64,000 nucleotides of DNA. Source: an uncultured delta proteobacterium. GTDB lineage: Bacteria > Myxococcota_A > Polyangia > Fen-1088. A model generated the notes under the pieces. The model was not told the DNA's origin. It saw only the letters and a program-made list of their open reading frames with translations, and did no database searches. Numbering within the stretch: the first letter of the stretch is position 1; the number at the start of each line of letters is the position of its first letter. The DNA lies in contig CAVTRY010000011.1 in assembly GCA_963737265.1 (NCBI GenBank), positions 992,001-1,056,000 of the forward strand, in the 5' to 3' direction. A program made the translations under genes and the position numbers. Shown in pieces: positions 10,000 through 20,720 of the stretch.

Positions 10000-10608
10000 A
10001 TGCGAAAGCCAGATGAATCCGCGCCTGTCGTAGAATCCGAACAGAAGCCCGAGCCCGCCGCCGGCCTCTTCGAGGCGATCCTCGAAGGCAAGAAAGCCAC
10101 GCCAACGTGGCCGGTGGGCGAACCGTTCGTTGTCGAGTGCGTGGACGCGCGCCACCCGACGTTGCAAGGCAGGGCGCTGGTGCGCTGGGAGGCGCCGGGG
10201 CGAGATGCGGTCGAAGCGTGGGTGCCGACCTTGCACGGGCTGGCCGTGCGCAAGGGAGATCGCCTGCTGCTGCAAACCCCGTACGGCGCCAGCGAGCCCA
10301 TCGCCATTGGCGTGATTGACGGTTTTCTGCCCAGGCCGGAGCCCGCGCGCGTGGTGGGAACGCAGCTCGAGCTGAAGCAGGACGAGGTCTTTCAGGTGCG
10401 AACCCAAGACGGCCAACCGTTGGTCGAGATCGTTCGCGACGCCGCCGGCCCGGTCGTCCGGCTACTGCAGGCCGACACGCGCCTTGAGCTTCAGGGCAAG
10501 CTCAGCATCACCGCCGCCGAGCTCGATCTCAAGGCCTCGAAAGGCCAGGTCCGCATCGAAGCGTCGGACGACGTTAAACTCATCGGCGAGCTGATTAACC
10601 TCAACTGA
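10000..10608 (+). CDS. T6SS-associated hypothetical protein (DUF6484-like, ends in short gp5-tip-like beta strands)
   Basis: C-terminus VRIEASDDVKLIGELINLN resembles spike-tip ends; paralog of 12725-13225; lies between DUF2169 and vgrG. Confidence 0.55.
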   Translation: MRKPDESAPVVESEQKPEPAAGLFEAILEGKKATPTWPVGEPFVVECVDARHPTLQGRALVRWEAPGRDAVEAWVPTLHGLAVRKGDRLLLQTPYGASEPIAIGVIDGFLPRPEPARVVGTQLELKQDEVFQVRTQDGQPLVEIVRDAAGPVVRLLQADTRLELQGKLSITAAELDLKASKGQVRIEASDDVKLIGELINLN

Positions 10609-12668
10609 TGACTTCGGGATGCCATCAGGGAGCGGTGGGAGACGTGCTCGGCAAGCCTCTCACCGTCCACATCAAGCTCAACAGCGGCAAATATCGCTAT
10701 TTCCACGGCATCGTCACCTATTTCGCCAAGGTCGGCCCGACCCACGGACATACCCGCTACGTCGCCGTCCTCAACCCACAACTTTCCCTGTTCGAGTACA
10801 CGCGCGACTGCCGGATCATGGATGAAGAAGGCCAGACAGCCCTCAGCATCGTGACCGACGTGCTTGCCAAACGCGGGTTCACCGACGTCGACTCGGGTTC
10901 CATCAAGGACCACACCTATCGCCAACACGACTACTGCGTGCAATACCGCGAGAGCGATCTCAACTTCGTGCACCGACTGCTCGAAGAGGAGGGCATCTAT
11001 TACTTCTTCAAGCATGAAAACGGCCTGCACACGATGGTGCTTGCCGATTCCACCACCGCCCATGCCAAGGTACCCGGCTACGAAACCGTCCTCTGCCGCC
11101 CCATGCTCCACGCGCAAGCGCGCGATGAGGAGCACTTCTGGTCGCTCAGGGTAACCGGGGGACTTTACCCCGGCAAGCTCACCGTGGTGCGCGGATACGA
11201 CTACACGCTCATCCGGCCATCCGCCGTCCAATTTGGCCAGCAGCCGTCGGGCGAGCCCCGGCCCGGCTCGGATTTCGAAGACTACGACTATCCAGGGGGA
11301 CTTTCGCCAGAGGCGGAAGCCAACCAAGAAGCCCTGGTGCGCATGCAGATGGACCGCGTCGCCAACACGGTGATCGAGGTCGAGGGCAACACCATGGGGC
11401 TAGGCGTGGGCGCCCTCGTCAGCCTCGCCAAGCCGTTGTCCATCGACGGCATCGCCTTCAATCCCTTTTGGGGCGAAGACGGCTTCGCCAAGGAATACCT
11501 CATCACCTCCGCGCGCTACTCCATCAGCATCAACCAGTACGAATCCGGCGACGTGGCGAAATCCGACCAGCCATTCAAGGCGAGCTACACCTTGCTCGAC
11601 AGCCAGGTCCAGTTCCGCCCCCAGCGCGGGGCGAGCAAGCCCAGGATCGAAGGCCCCCAGACCGCCGTCGTGGTGGGGCCCGCCGACGAAGAAATCTGCA
11701 CCGACACCGACAAGCTCGGCCGCGTGAAGGTGCAGTTCGACTGGGATCGCCTCGGCAAACACGACGAGAAATCCTCTTGCTGGGTCCGTGTGTCCCAAGC
11801 CTGGGCCGGGGCGAAATGGGGCGCCTTTCACCTTCCACGCATCGGCCACGAAGTCATCGTGGAATTCCTCGACGGCGATCCCGACCGCCCCATCGTCACC
11901 GGCCGGGTCTACAACGCCGACAACCTGCCGCCCTACGACTCGCCCACCCAAAGCGGCATCAAGAGCCGCAGCACCAAAGGCGGCACCCCCAGCAACTTCA
12001 ACGAAATCCGCTTCGAGGATCTCAAAGGCAAGGAAGAGCTGCACATCCAGGCCGAAAAGGACATGTCGACGTTGGTGAAGAACAATGAATCGCTTTCCGT
12101 GGGCGGCGACCGCAGCGTCAGCGTCACTGGCAATCAGTCGGTGAGCATTTCAGGCAAGGGCAAGAGTCCCGTGCACAGCACGGTCAACGTCACCGGCAAA
12201 CACACGCTCGATGCCAGCGACACCATCAAGATCCAGGCGCCCACCTCGATCACCCTTGAGTGCGGCGGCAGCACCATTGTGATGGTGCCGGGCAAGATCA
12301 CCATCACGGCGGGAGGCGGTGCAGAGGTCGTCCTCGATGCCAATGCCTTGACTCACTCCAGCGCGGGCGCCAAAACCCTCCACGATGCCAACGTGCTCCA
12401 CCAATCCGTTGCTGGATCCAAAGTCCTTCTCGATGCCAATGCTCTGTCCCAGGCGTCCGGCGGCGCGAAAGTGCTATTGGACGGCAATGTTTTGGCCCAA
12501 TCCTCAGGCGGAAGCAAAGTTGCGTTAGACAGCGACGCCATGATCGACGGGGCGGGCAAGGCAACGGTCAAGGGCGCATCAGAAGCGAATCTCGCCGCCG
12601 GCGGATCGGTCAAGGCAAGCCCCGCTGGTGTCGAGGTTTCTGGAGCGCTGGTAAAGATGAATAGCTGA
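10608..12668 (+). CDS. vgrG: Type VI secretion spike protein VgrG (probably missing its first few dozen residues)
   Basis: Motifs RYFHGIV, YCVQYRESDLNFVHRLLEEEGIYYFFKH, gp5 motifs. Homology begins at VLGKPLTV, which normally lies inside the N-terminal gp27-like region. Confidence 0.9.
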   Translation: MTSGCHQGAVGDVLGKPLTVHIKLNSGKYRYFHGIVTYFAKVGPTHGHTRYVAVLNPQLSLFEYTRDCRIMDEEGQTALSIVTDVLAKRGFTDVDSGSIKDHTYRQHDYCVQYRESDLNFVHRLLEEEGIYYFFKHENGLHTMVLADSTTAHAKVPGYETVLCRPMLHAQARDEEHFWSLRVTGGLYPGKLTVVRGYDYTLIRPSAVQFGQQPSGEPRPGSDFEDYDYPGGLSPEAEANQEALVRMQMDRVANTVIEVEGNTMGLGVGALVSLAKPLSIDGIAFNPFWGEDGFAKEYLITSARYSISINQYESGDVAKSDQPFKASYTLLDSQVQFRPQRGASKPRIEGPQTAVVVGPADEEICTDTDKLGRVKVQFDWDRLGKHDEKSSCWVRVSQAWAGAKWGAFHLPRIGHEVIVEFLDGDPDRPIVTGRVYNADNLPPYDSPTQSGIKSRSTKGGTPSNFNEIRFEDLKGKEELHIQAEKDMSTLVKNNESLSVGGDRSVSVTGNQSVSISGKGKSPVHSTVNVTGKHTLDASDTIKIQAPTSITLECGGSTIVMVPGKITITAGGGAEVVLDANALTHSSAGAKTLHDANVLHQSVAGSKVLLDANALSQASGGAKVLLDGNVLAQSSGGSKVALDSDAMIDGAGKATVKGASEANLAAGGSVKASPAGVEVSGALVKMNS

Positions 12669-12724
12669 GAAGTAGCCGGCGCGACGGCAGCGGGTGCCTG
12701 CTAGAGTGTCGCCTCCAGGACGCC

Positions 12725-13225
12725 ATGGCCGAAACCAAGAATCCAACAACGGTCGAGCTCGCGGCTCGTCACCGGTTGATCATCGACCAGACAGAGCAGG
12801 GCAACGCACTTCGCCTGATATCGCCCGATGGCTCGACGCCAATCACGCTGGAGATCAGCAACGCCGGTGTCGTGCTACGGATCGAGTCGCCTGGCATCGC
12901 TCTGCATGCTTCTGGGAACCTGAGCTTATCCGCAGAACACCTTACGCTGCACGGGCGGACCTCGCTCGATCTTGCCTCCGGGGGCGATCTGAACCTCAAT
13001 GCTGCCGGCGATCTTCATAGCCGAGCCCAGGCACAGGTGCTGCGCGCGGAGCGGGGTTGCGTCGATATTAAGGCAAGTGATGACGTGAAGATCTCGGGCG
13101 AGCGCGTGCTGGTCAATTGCGATGAAACGGTGGACCGACACCCGCACCTTCTCCACAAACGAGCCCTAGAAGAGGCTGCGGAAAAACTTTTGCATCTGCC
13201 GAAGGGAACCGGCGAGACGGATTGA
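12725..13225 (+). CDS. T6SS-associated hypothetical beta-strand protein
   Basis: VDIKASDDVKISGERVLVN similar to the C-terminus of 10000-10608; AGGA RBS. Confidence 0.6.
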   Translation: MAETKNPTTVELAARHRLIIDQTEQGNALRLISPDGSTPITLEISNAGVVLRIESPGIALHASGNLSLSAEHLTLHGRTSLDLASGGDLNLNAAGDLHSRAQAQVLRAERGCVDIKASDDVKISGERVLVNCDETVDRHPHLLHKRALEEAAEKLLHLPKGTGETD

Positions 13226-13261
13226 TTGGAACGAGGTGCGGGTGCGGTGCGAGGTGGCAAC

Positions 13262-13900
13262 CTACTTTCTGGCGGCGCGCGACCGGCGCCATTCCTCAAG
13301 GCCGGTTGGATCAGGTCGTCTGGCCACATATTTCGATGGCCATGACCTCGATGAACTTTTCCCAATCGCGCCATGGAATATTCGGGGCGCTTCAGCCGGG
13401 TCGCGCCTTCACGCCAGACGAACCAGCCATGCCACACGCTCACCGCAACACGCGTTCCACCCTCAAGATCGAGGATGAACGCCGGAATGCCGCGTATGGG
13501 CTCGGATTCGGTACTCCAGAAGTTACTGTAGTCGAATTCGGCGGGGAGAATGCGTTCTGCCCTAGCCTAGCTGGGCACTTGCCCAGGACGCTTGGCTGAC
13601 TGGATCGAAAAGCCGCAGTGTCTCACCCTCCAAACGCAATTCGATCCGGCCCACGGCCCGGCACCGCCGCACACGCCAAAAGGCTAGGAACAGCAACGCG
13701 AAGAACAGTGCGTTCCACGTAATGGCAACCGCACTATCCACCCTCTCGGAAACTGCCAGGCCCCACCGGTCGGAGACGAAGAGGTAAAGGCCCCAGACGA
13801 GGACCCAGAGCACGACCGGCAGATACAATCGCACGGGTACCCACCGACCCACGGTGTGGCGCCCGAGTGAAAATGAAACCGGGTGCGGTTCCAAGGGCAT
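13262..13900 (-). pseudogene. Frameshifted two-TM membrane protein, paralog of 13910-14368
   Basis: Shares GRxELRLxxxxLRLFDPVSQA, LGKCPA, AEFDYS and IRGxPAFI motifs, spread over several frames. Confidence 0.55.
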
Positions 13901-13909
13901 TGTTGCAAC

Positions 13910-14368
13910 CTACTTCCTGGCGGCGCGCGACCGGGACCATTCCGCAAGGCCGGTTGGATCGGATCGTCTGATGAACGCCGGGACGCCACGAATATACCCG
14001 TCGCCGGTACTGTAGTCGAATTCGGCGGCGAGGACGCGTTCTGCCGTGGCTGGGCACTTGCCCAGGACCGCTTGGCTGACTGGATCGAAAAGCCGCAGCG
14101 CCCCCTCCACCAAACGCAGCTCAAGCCGGCCTTTGGCGCGCCACCGCCGCCAGCGCCACGGAATCGTGAACGTCAACGCCGCGGAAGATGCGCCTAAGAC
14201 AATACTAAGCACGGTACCGGCCCCCTCACCAATGACCGGCTCGATCAACTTGACAACGACGGCACCGCCCAGCCCCACCAGGGCCGGCTGCCAAGAGACC
14301 CAAATTGGCGACCATTGACCATGGTAGCGCTCGATGGGAAACTTCGCCAAACTCGGGCCGGGTGCCAC
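13910..14368 (-). pseudogene. Two-TM membrane protein with apparent internal deletion
   Basis: Matches its neighbour up to PAFI, then jumps to the shared tail sequence (GGTCGCGCGCCGCCAG). Confidence 0.5.
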
Positions 14369-14597
14369 AAATTGCCTATATCACAAGGCGCATCAGGCAC
14401 GCAAGGACGGTTGTTTGATCGGGTACGTGTGTCCGCCGAGAGAATGGATGGAAAACCCGGGCCTGTGCAACGCACCCTGTTCGATCACGCTGTCCAAGGT
14501 CAGGCCTCACGCGTTTTTGCAACGAAAAAGGCTGTGTGCTGAACCAATTGGTGGGATGCCGAAAAAGTGGTATGAGGCGCAATAGGCATCTGAGGTT

Positions 14598-15146
14598 TTG
14601 CGGATGGATCTGAATAACTACACCCCCTATCCCGCCCTTCTTTCGAGATTCGCTGTAGATCTCGAACGAGATCTGATGGGGTCCGCGCTCGTTGCCAGGG
14701 TGACCTATGACGTCATCGGCAACGGCCTTGTTCCCAGCAAAGAGCAAATCTGGAAGGTTTCTCCCCAGCCTTGGGAATGTCCCTATGGCTCCATGGAAGC
14801 CGACGACGCCTTCTACAAGGGGGCAACGGATATCTTCTTGTTCGGTTGCGCGCGCTCTCCCGGCCGGCGACCGGTTTCGGCGATGAACGTGACCATTCAG
14901 CTGGGGGCCTTCAGGCGCCAGATCATCGTCTTGGGCGACAGGGTGTGGCTCGCCGGGCGCACGAAGAACACGCTGGTTGCCGGTCCCCCACAGCGCTTCG
15001 TCGAGATGCCTCTCACGCTCGACCGAGCCTTCGGGGGCCGAGCGGAATGGGATGGCCTCAAGGTCCCGTTCGCGGACAATGCCTCCGGCAAGGGATTCTA
15101 CCTCGAGCCGGGCACGGTTTGGCAAATACGTGCTTGCCCGTCTTGA
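14598..15146 (+). pseudogene. DUF2169 N-terminal fragment (third subtype)
   Basis: MDLNNYTPYP, KGATDIFLFG, VLGDRVW, MPLTLDRAFGG, GKGFY, then an early stop. Confidence 0.75.
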
Positions 15147-15336
15147 CACCTGGGGAATTCTCGCTGCGCCTGGGGAGAACCTTCTGATGATGAGGCAATT
15201 GCAGACTCGAATGGCTTGGTTCGGGTTCACTTTCCTGGTCGCCATGGGGCCTTCCGGCTGCTATACAGCCATCAATCCCAGCCCCAACGTCGACGGATCA
15301 CAGCTGGGCGGCGAGGCGGAAGACTCAGCAGATTTG

Positions 15337-16827
15337 CGCCCATCACGCTTTCGGGTGAGCTTCCGTCGAGGGTCAGTGGCAGCATGAGAAATACAGGATC
15401 TGCATGAGGTTGTCGGGGTTGCGGTAGCCGTGGCCACGCTGGCTGATGCCGCGAACACGTGAATTGTTGCCTTCGAGGGCTGCGTTGGAAAGACCGTGCT
15501 TGGCCCAGGCAATAACGCCCGACCAATGGCGCTTAATCATGTTCCAGAATCGCTTCAACGAGCCAAGTCGTTGCCAGCGTAATAGGCGACGCCAGTGGTC
15601 GAGTGCTGCAGCCATTCCGACCTCAGTGTGATAGCCCCATACGACGTCGAACTGCTCCTTGAGCAGGTACGCTACCTGGAGACGTCGGTTGAGGCGGAAT
15701 AGCTCGTCAAGCTCGCGACGGCGACGCCAGTGAAGACGACGACGCTTCTTGAGCAGGAGGAACTTCTTGCCTCGGATGGCCTCGCGATACAGGCCACCCT
15801 TGCGCCAAAATTCCGCCTTGCGGACCTGGTCGACGGCGTCGGTGAGGTGGTGCTCGATGTGGAATCAGTCGAAGACGAGGTCAGCCTGTGGGGCATGTTC
15901 GCAGATGGCGTTGATGTAGCCTTGGGCCATGTCCAGCGTGACTGCCACCAGCCGATGCGACCGGCGCGGTCCCAGCTTCACGAAAAACTGCTTGAGTGTT
16001 TCCTCCTGCTTGCCCTCGCCGATCCAAACCACGTGTCCGGCCTCGTGGTCCCAGACGATGGTCAGATACTTGTTCTGGCCTCGGCCGTAGCTGACCTCGT
16101 CGACGCCGATGATGCGAAGCTTGCGATGGAAGCGGCGCTCGACCGCATCCTCGACCCAGTGGGTGATGAGGCGCATGACGGTAGTCCAGTGCAGCCCGAG
16201 TTGGCGGCACACGCCGGCAATGGAAGTCGTGCGGGCACGCCGCAGGACCTCCGCCTCGAACATGTGAGTCATGCGCGAGCCGGTGCGCGCCCACGGGACC
16301 TGTTCGACCCGGATCCCACAGCGGCGACAGCGCACGCGCCGCAGAGGCGCGATGACGACCGTGCGGATGCCCCAACCGTCGAGATGACGCCAGGCCCGGG
16401 CGCAATTCTTGATATCCAGCGCGCAGCGCTTGGTCTCTCCACAGCCGGAGCACACAGCCGACTGCCTGGTCGGATACAGGTGTACATGCCAGGAGCCATC
16501 GGTACCGCTGTAGCTGTCGAAACTGACACGCCAGCCGTTTGCAATGGCCAGCTGCAATGCCAAAATACCAGGGACGGACGTTCGTTGGGAGTTCCTCGTG
16601 ATTTGCATAAACCCGAAGGATCACCGACGGACGTCCACTTTTCATTTCGCGCACCGTCGCGCGCGGCGACGAGATCCTCGTCGTCGCATAGCAGCACCTG
16701 AGCCGCCAGCGAGGAGGCCGTCACCCGTAGGGCCGGAGCGAAGCGGAGGAGGCGCGAAGCGCCTTGACGGCCCCCGGAGCGGCGGCTACGCCGTTGCCTT
16801 CGCAATCACCCGAACGCGCGATGAACC
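15337..16827 (-). mobile_element. ISL3 family insertion sequence (copy 1, 1491 bp, transposase with nonsense mutation)
   Basis: 8-bp TSD CAGATTTG at 15329-15336 and 16828-16835; inverted copy of 22552-24042; CGA->TGA at 15865-15867. Confidence 0.92.
15373..16608 (-). pseudogene. ISL3 transposase, premature stop at codon 248
   Basis: Protein matches 22771-24006 up to the stop; the rest of the ORF continues to 15373. Confidence 0.9.
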
Positions 16828-18178
16828 CAGATTTGGGCGGCGAAGACACGGATGGGAAGTTAGCCATGGGTGACGCAGCGGAAGTGCCCACCTCGTCGAC
16901 CGGCGGAGTAGATGGAAGCACCGGCGTGGGCGGTGCTCTCAGCACTGGCGGCATCTCAGGCACAGGAGGTGCTGTTAGCTCCGATGGCGCCGCCTCCGGC
17001 GGGGCGCCAGGCACCGGCGGAAGTGCGTCCGGCGGCGCCACGGGCGCTGGCGGCATCTCCGATGCGGGTGATGCGCCAAGCACCGGCGGTACATCCGGCG
17101 CCCCATTGAAGATTGTGAGCTTCTTGGGCTCGGTCCCCACCATCTCCGCTGGACACAGCGCAACGCTGAGCTGGGAGGTGACAGGCGCATCGCTAGTTTC
17201 CATCGACAATGGCGTTGGATTAGTCCCCGTCAGTTCAACCAAAGACGTTTTCCCGGGCCAAGATACAACCTACATGCTGACCGCCGTGGATAGCGCAGGC
17301 GACACGGTTACTGCCACCGTCACTGTCAAGGTGGTCGCATTGCCAACAATTTCTGCTTTTGTGGCGGGAGTCGGAACGATAACCACGGGTCACCAGACGA
17401 CCCTTACCGCGACGTTTGCTAACGGCACCGCTGTCGTAGATCACTCTATCGGGGCGGTAACGACCGATTTGCCAGTCAGCACTGGCAATCTCACGACGAC
17501 TACGACCTACACGTTGACCGTAACCAACGTGATCGGTGATGTCGTGACGAAGCAGGTAACGGTTACGGTGCTTTCATTCACGGCCGTCAGCGTAGGTGAG
17601 AGCCACGCCTGCGCACTATCAACCGGCGGCACCGTGGTCTGCTGGGGATCGAACACTTCAGGTCAGGCCACGCCACCAGCAGGTACCTTCACTTCCGTGA
17701 GCGCGGGTGCCTCTCACACTTGCGCGGTGCACAAACCGGAGGTGCGGCAGTTTGCTGGGGCAGCAACTTCCAAGGGGCCACCAAGCCTCCCGAGGGCGCG
17801 CTGTTCACATCCCTTAGCGCGGGGAATTCCTACACATGCGGTGTGATGAAGAGTGATAGCAGCATCACGTGCTGGGGCCAAGTGAGCACGGGGCAATCGG
17901 GCAGCTTCAGCTCGGTCAGTGCAGGATCTACTTACGCCTGTGGTCTCAAGACCGACGGCACCGTGGTTTGTTGGGGGGTCGGGAATGACTACGGGCAGGC
18001 GTCGCCGCCTGCGGGCACATTCATCGCAGTGAGTGCCAGCTACTACTTCTCGTGTGGCGTGAAGAGTGACGGTACGGTTGCGTGCTGGGGAACGAGCATC
18101 GCCAATACTACGACTCAGATTCAAACACCTCCCCCCGCGACCACATTCGCGGCTATCAGCGCAGGAGGGGGCGGTCAG

Positions 18179-18367
18179 CAGGGCCAACGCATCTAAATTG
18201 TAAGTGATCTTGCGGAGATGCCGATAGTTATGCCGGTCTCCGCGCCCGTGCGCGCTGCCGAACCTGCCTGCACACCGGCGCGCGCACCGACCCCAGGGGA
18301 AAACCTTCCAGAAATGGCCGAGACTCTGATGGATCCTGCGTCGATGTAGGATGATGCGATGGCCCTG
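18179..18367. mobile_element. 189-bp MITE with ISAs1-like ends (copy 2)
   Basis: Same sequence as 5243-5431; 10-bp TSD GGGCGGTCAG at 18169-18178 and 18368-18377. Confidence 0.92.
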
Positions 18368-18765
18368 GGGCGGTCAGGGAGAAGATCACGTTTGCGCCAT
18401 CAAGACCGATAAGACTGTTGTCTGTTGGGGCGACAATGGTGTCAATGAATCCACTCCACCGACAGGTACTTTCCTTTCGGTTAGCTCGGGTCATTGGAGC
18501 AGCTGCGGGGTCAGGAGTGACGGCAGCCTCGCCTGCTGGGGCGACAACTCCTCTGGCGAATCAACGCCACCCTAGCGGGAATGCAGACCTGCAACCGAGG
18601 CGATCTTGCTCGGTCGGATTTCTGCAGGGCAAGTTCGGGTGCAGCGCTATGCACCATCAACCTCCACTCGGCCAGCGATCGAAGCCAGCGCTCGAACAAC
18701 CCCTGGGGTTGAACGAACGAGGAGATGCCGAAGATGCCCTTCGCGGCCGAGTGGTGAGGAGCGCA

Positions 18766-19277
18766 ATGGTGTTCGTCAGCAAGTCGCGACGTCTGGTAGT
18801 CCACCTTGCGCCGGTTATGCTGTTCGGTGTCCTTCCGGTAAGCGTGTCATACACGCTTACCGGAAGGACACGTTCTTCGGCGTGGCGGCGGGCGCTTTCG
18901 TGCTCCACTTTCGCCGTCCGCATTTCGGGTAAACCCTGATTGGCTACCTGGCGGGCGGCGTGGCGCTGGCAGTGGGGCTGAGGCTCCAGCGCGTGGTCCG
19001 CCGCAAAGGAGACGAGCTGGAAGTCTGGACGGTGCTCGGCCGACGACGGGTCAAGGCCAAACGCGTTTTCCTGGGCGTCACCACGGGGCGCACGTCAGTC
19101 AACATCTCTCTCTTCCTCGGCAAATCGATGGAGCCCGTCGACCCGAGCATCATGGTGGCCTCTTATGGTGCATCGGGTCTCGCCGGTCCCATGCGTGTCG
19201 CTGACCGCATAGCCGAGGCGCTCAACATGCCCGAGCCCCGGCTCGCACGGTGGCTGCGGGCGCCTCCCTCCGGCTAG
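18766..19277 (+). pseudogene. Probable frameshifted small membrane protein
   Basis: Hydrophobic segments spread over several frames lead into ORF 18960-19277. Confidence 0.3.
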
Positions 19278-19367
19278 TCGGAATGAAGATGCGTAATCCT
19301 ACCCTCCATCTATCGTATCTATTCGAGTCAAAGGGCCCAGTTCGATACGCCATGGTAAGCTTAGAAG

Positions 19368-20720
19368 ATGCGCTCAAAACGATGCCTGCTCGTTGTCGTT
19401 CTGGTTGCCATCGGATGCGGAGGATCGAGCTCCAGCGGTATTGGCGCGGGTGGTGCGGACGGGATGTCCGCCACCGGCGGTAGCTCGAGCCCAGGTAGCG
19501 GCAGCAGCACCGGAGGGGGTGGAAGTGCCACAGGTGGAAGCCTGGGAACGGGCGGCAGCGGCAAGGGCGGAACGACATCAATGGGCGGGAACTCCGGCCG
19601 CGGTGGCGCCAGCGCGCAGGGAGGCACGGGCGCCGGGACGGGCGCAGGGGGCGCGAACCCGACCGACGGCGGAGTCATTGTCGGCGCCGGAAACCCCAAC
19701 GGCTCGTGCAGCACCGGCGTTCCCGCCAGGGGACAACCCGTCGACACCTCCAAACCAACGACCGTCGTTGGAACGGGGACCGCGGCGAGCTGCACCTTTA
19801 GCCAGCTCCAAGCCGCGGCGACCGCGGGCGGAATCATCACTTTCAATTGTGGCAGCGGCGCAGTCACCATTCCAGTAACCGCCACGCTCAACCTCCCAAC
19901 GACCAAGAACACCGTTATCGACGGCGGCAACAAAATCACCCTCGACGGCGGCAACGCCGTCCAGATCATGAGTTTCAACGGTTCGAATTTTCGGGTCAAC
20001 ACGAACGGGCTCACGCTTCAACACATCACGCTCATCAATGGCAAGATGACGCCCACCCAAGCGATTCCCGTCGCTCCGGCGCCTTGTTCACAAGGATGGG
20101 ACGACGGTCAAGGCGGCGCCGTCTTCGTAAACGATGGCAACCTCACCGTGATCGACTCGATCTTCGAGAACAATCACGCTGCTCCGCTTGGTCCCGACAC
20201 CGGCGGCGGCGCCATCTACATCGAGGGCAGCAAGAACGGCGTTCTCATTGTCGGAAGCACGTTCAGCAACAACGCCGCCAGCAACGCCGGCGCGGTCGGA
20301 TGCCTAAATGCGGAGCTGGATGTCTACAACAGCTTGTTCACGAATAACACGGCGATCGGCCACGACAACAACGGCGACGACGCAAGTAAGTGTTCCGTCA
20401 TCAACGCCGGCCAGCACGAAACCGGATCGGGCGGCAACGGAGGCGCGCTCTACAGCGATGGAGCCTCGGTGAACATCACCCTGTGCGGAGACGCCATCCT
20501 CAACAACAGCGCCGGTGTGAACGCCTTCGGCGGCGGTATCTTCTTCACCAGCGACGACTTCGGTGGAACTCTCTCCATCGCCGACACCACGATGACGGGA
20601 AATACGGGCGGCTCCTGGACGCTGGTTTCCGGCGGCACCGTCAAGGACGCCGGCAGCGCGGTCGGCACGAACGCCAAGAGCATCACGCTCACCAACTCGA
20701 CCCTCCAAGGCGTCCCATAA
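19368..20720 (+). CDS. Lipoprotein with Gly/Ser linker and right-handed beta-helix (pectin lyase/PMP-like repeats)
   Basis: Lipobox VAIGC; repeated GGA(I/V/L) and FxNN motifs. Confidence 0.75.
   Translation: MRSKRCLLVVVLVAIGCGGSSSSGIGAGGADGMSATGGSSSPGSGSSTGGGGSATGGSLGTGGSGKGGTTSMGGNSGRGGASAQGGTGAGTGAGGANPTDGGVIVGAGNPNGSCSTGVPARGQPVDTSKPTTVVGTGTAASCTFSQLQAAATAGGIITFNCGSGAVTIPVTATLNLPTTKNTVIDGGNKITLDGGNAVQIMSFNGSNFRVNTNGLTLQHITLINGKMTPTQAIPVAPAPCSQGWDDGQGGAVFVNDGNLTVIDSIFENNHAAPLGPDTGGGAIYIEGSKNGVLIVGSTFSNNAASNAGAVGCLNAELDVYNSLFTNNTAIGHDNNGDDASKCSVINAGQHETGSGGNGGALYSDGASVNITLCGDAILNNSAGVNAFGGGIFFTSDDFGGTLSIADTTMTGNTGGSWTLVSGGTVKDAGSAVGTNAKSITLTNSTLQGVP

Larger units (their letters stand above)
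15187..18575 (+). pseudogene. Lipoprotein with Gly-rich linker, Ig-like domains and RCC1/BLIP-II-like repeats; disrupted three times
   Basis: Lipobox-like GPSGC; repeats SAGxxHxCxxxxDGTVVCWG. Frame continues across ISL3 (SADL|GGED); frameshift near 17730; MITE at 18179. Confidence 0.8.

Noticed and set aside
2170-12668. Diversity-generating retroelement explaining the repeats
   Set aside because: No reverse transcriptase in the window; differences are block-like, not adenine-specific.
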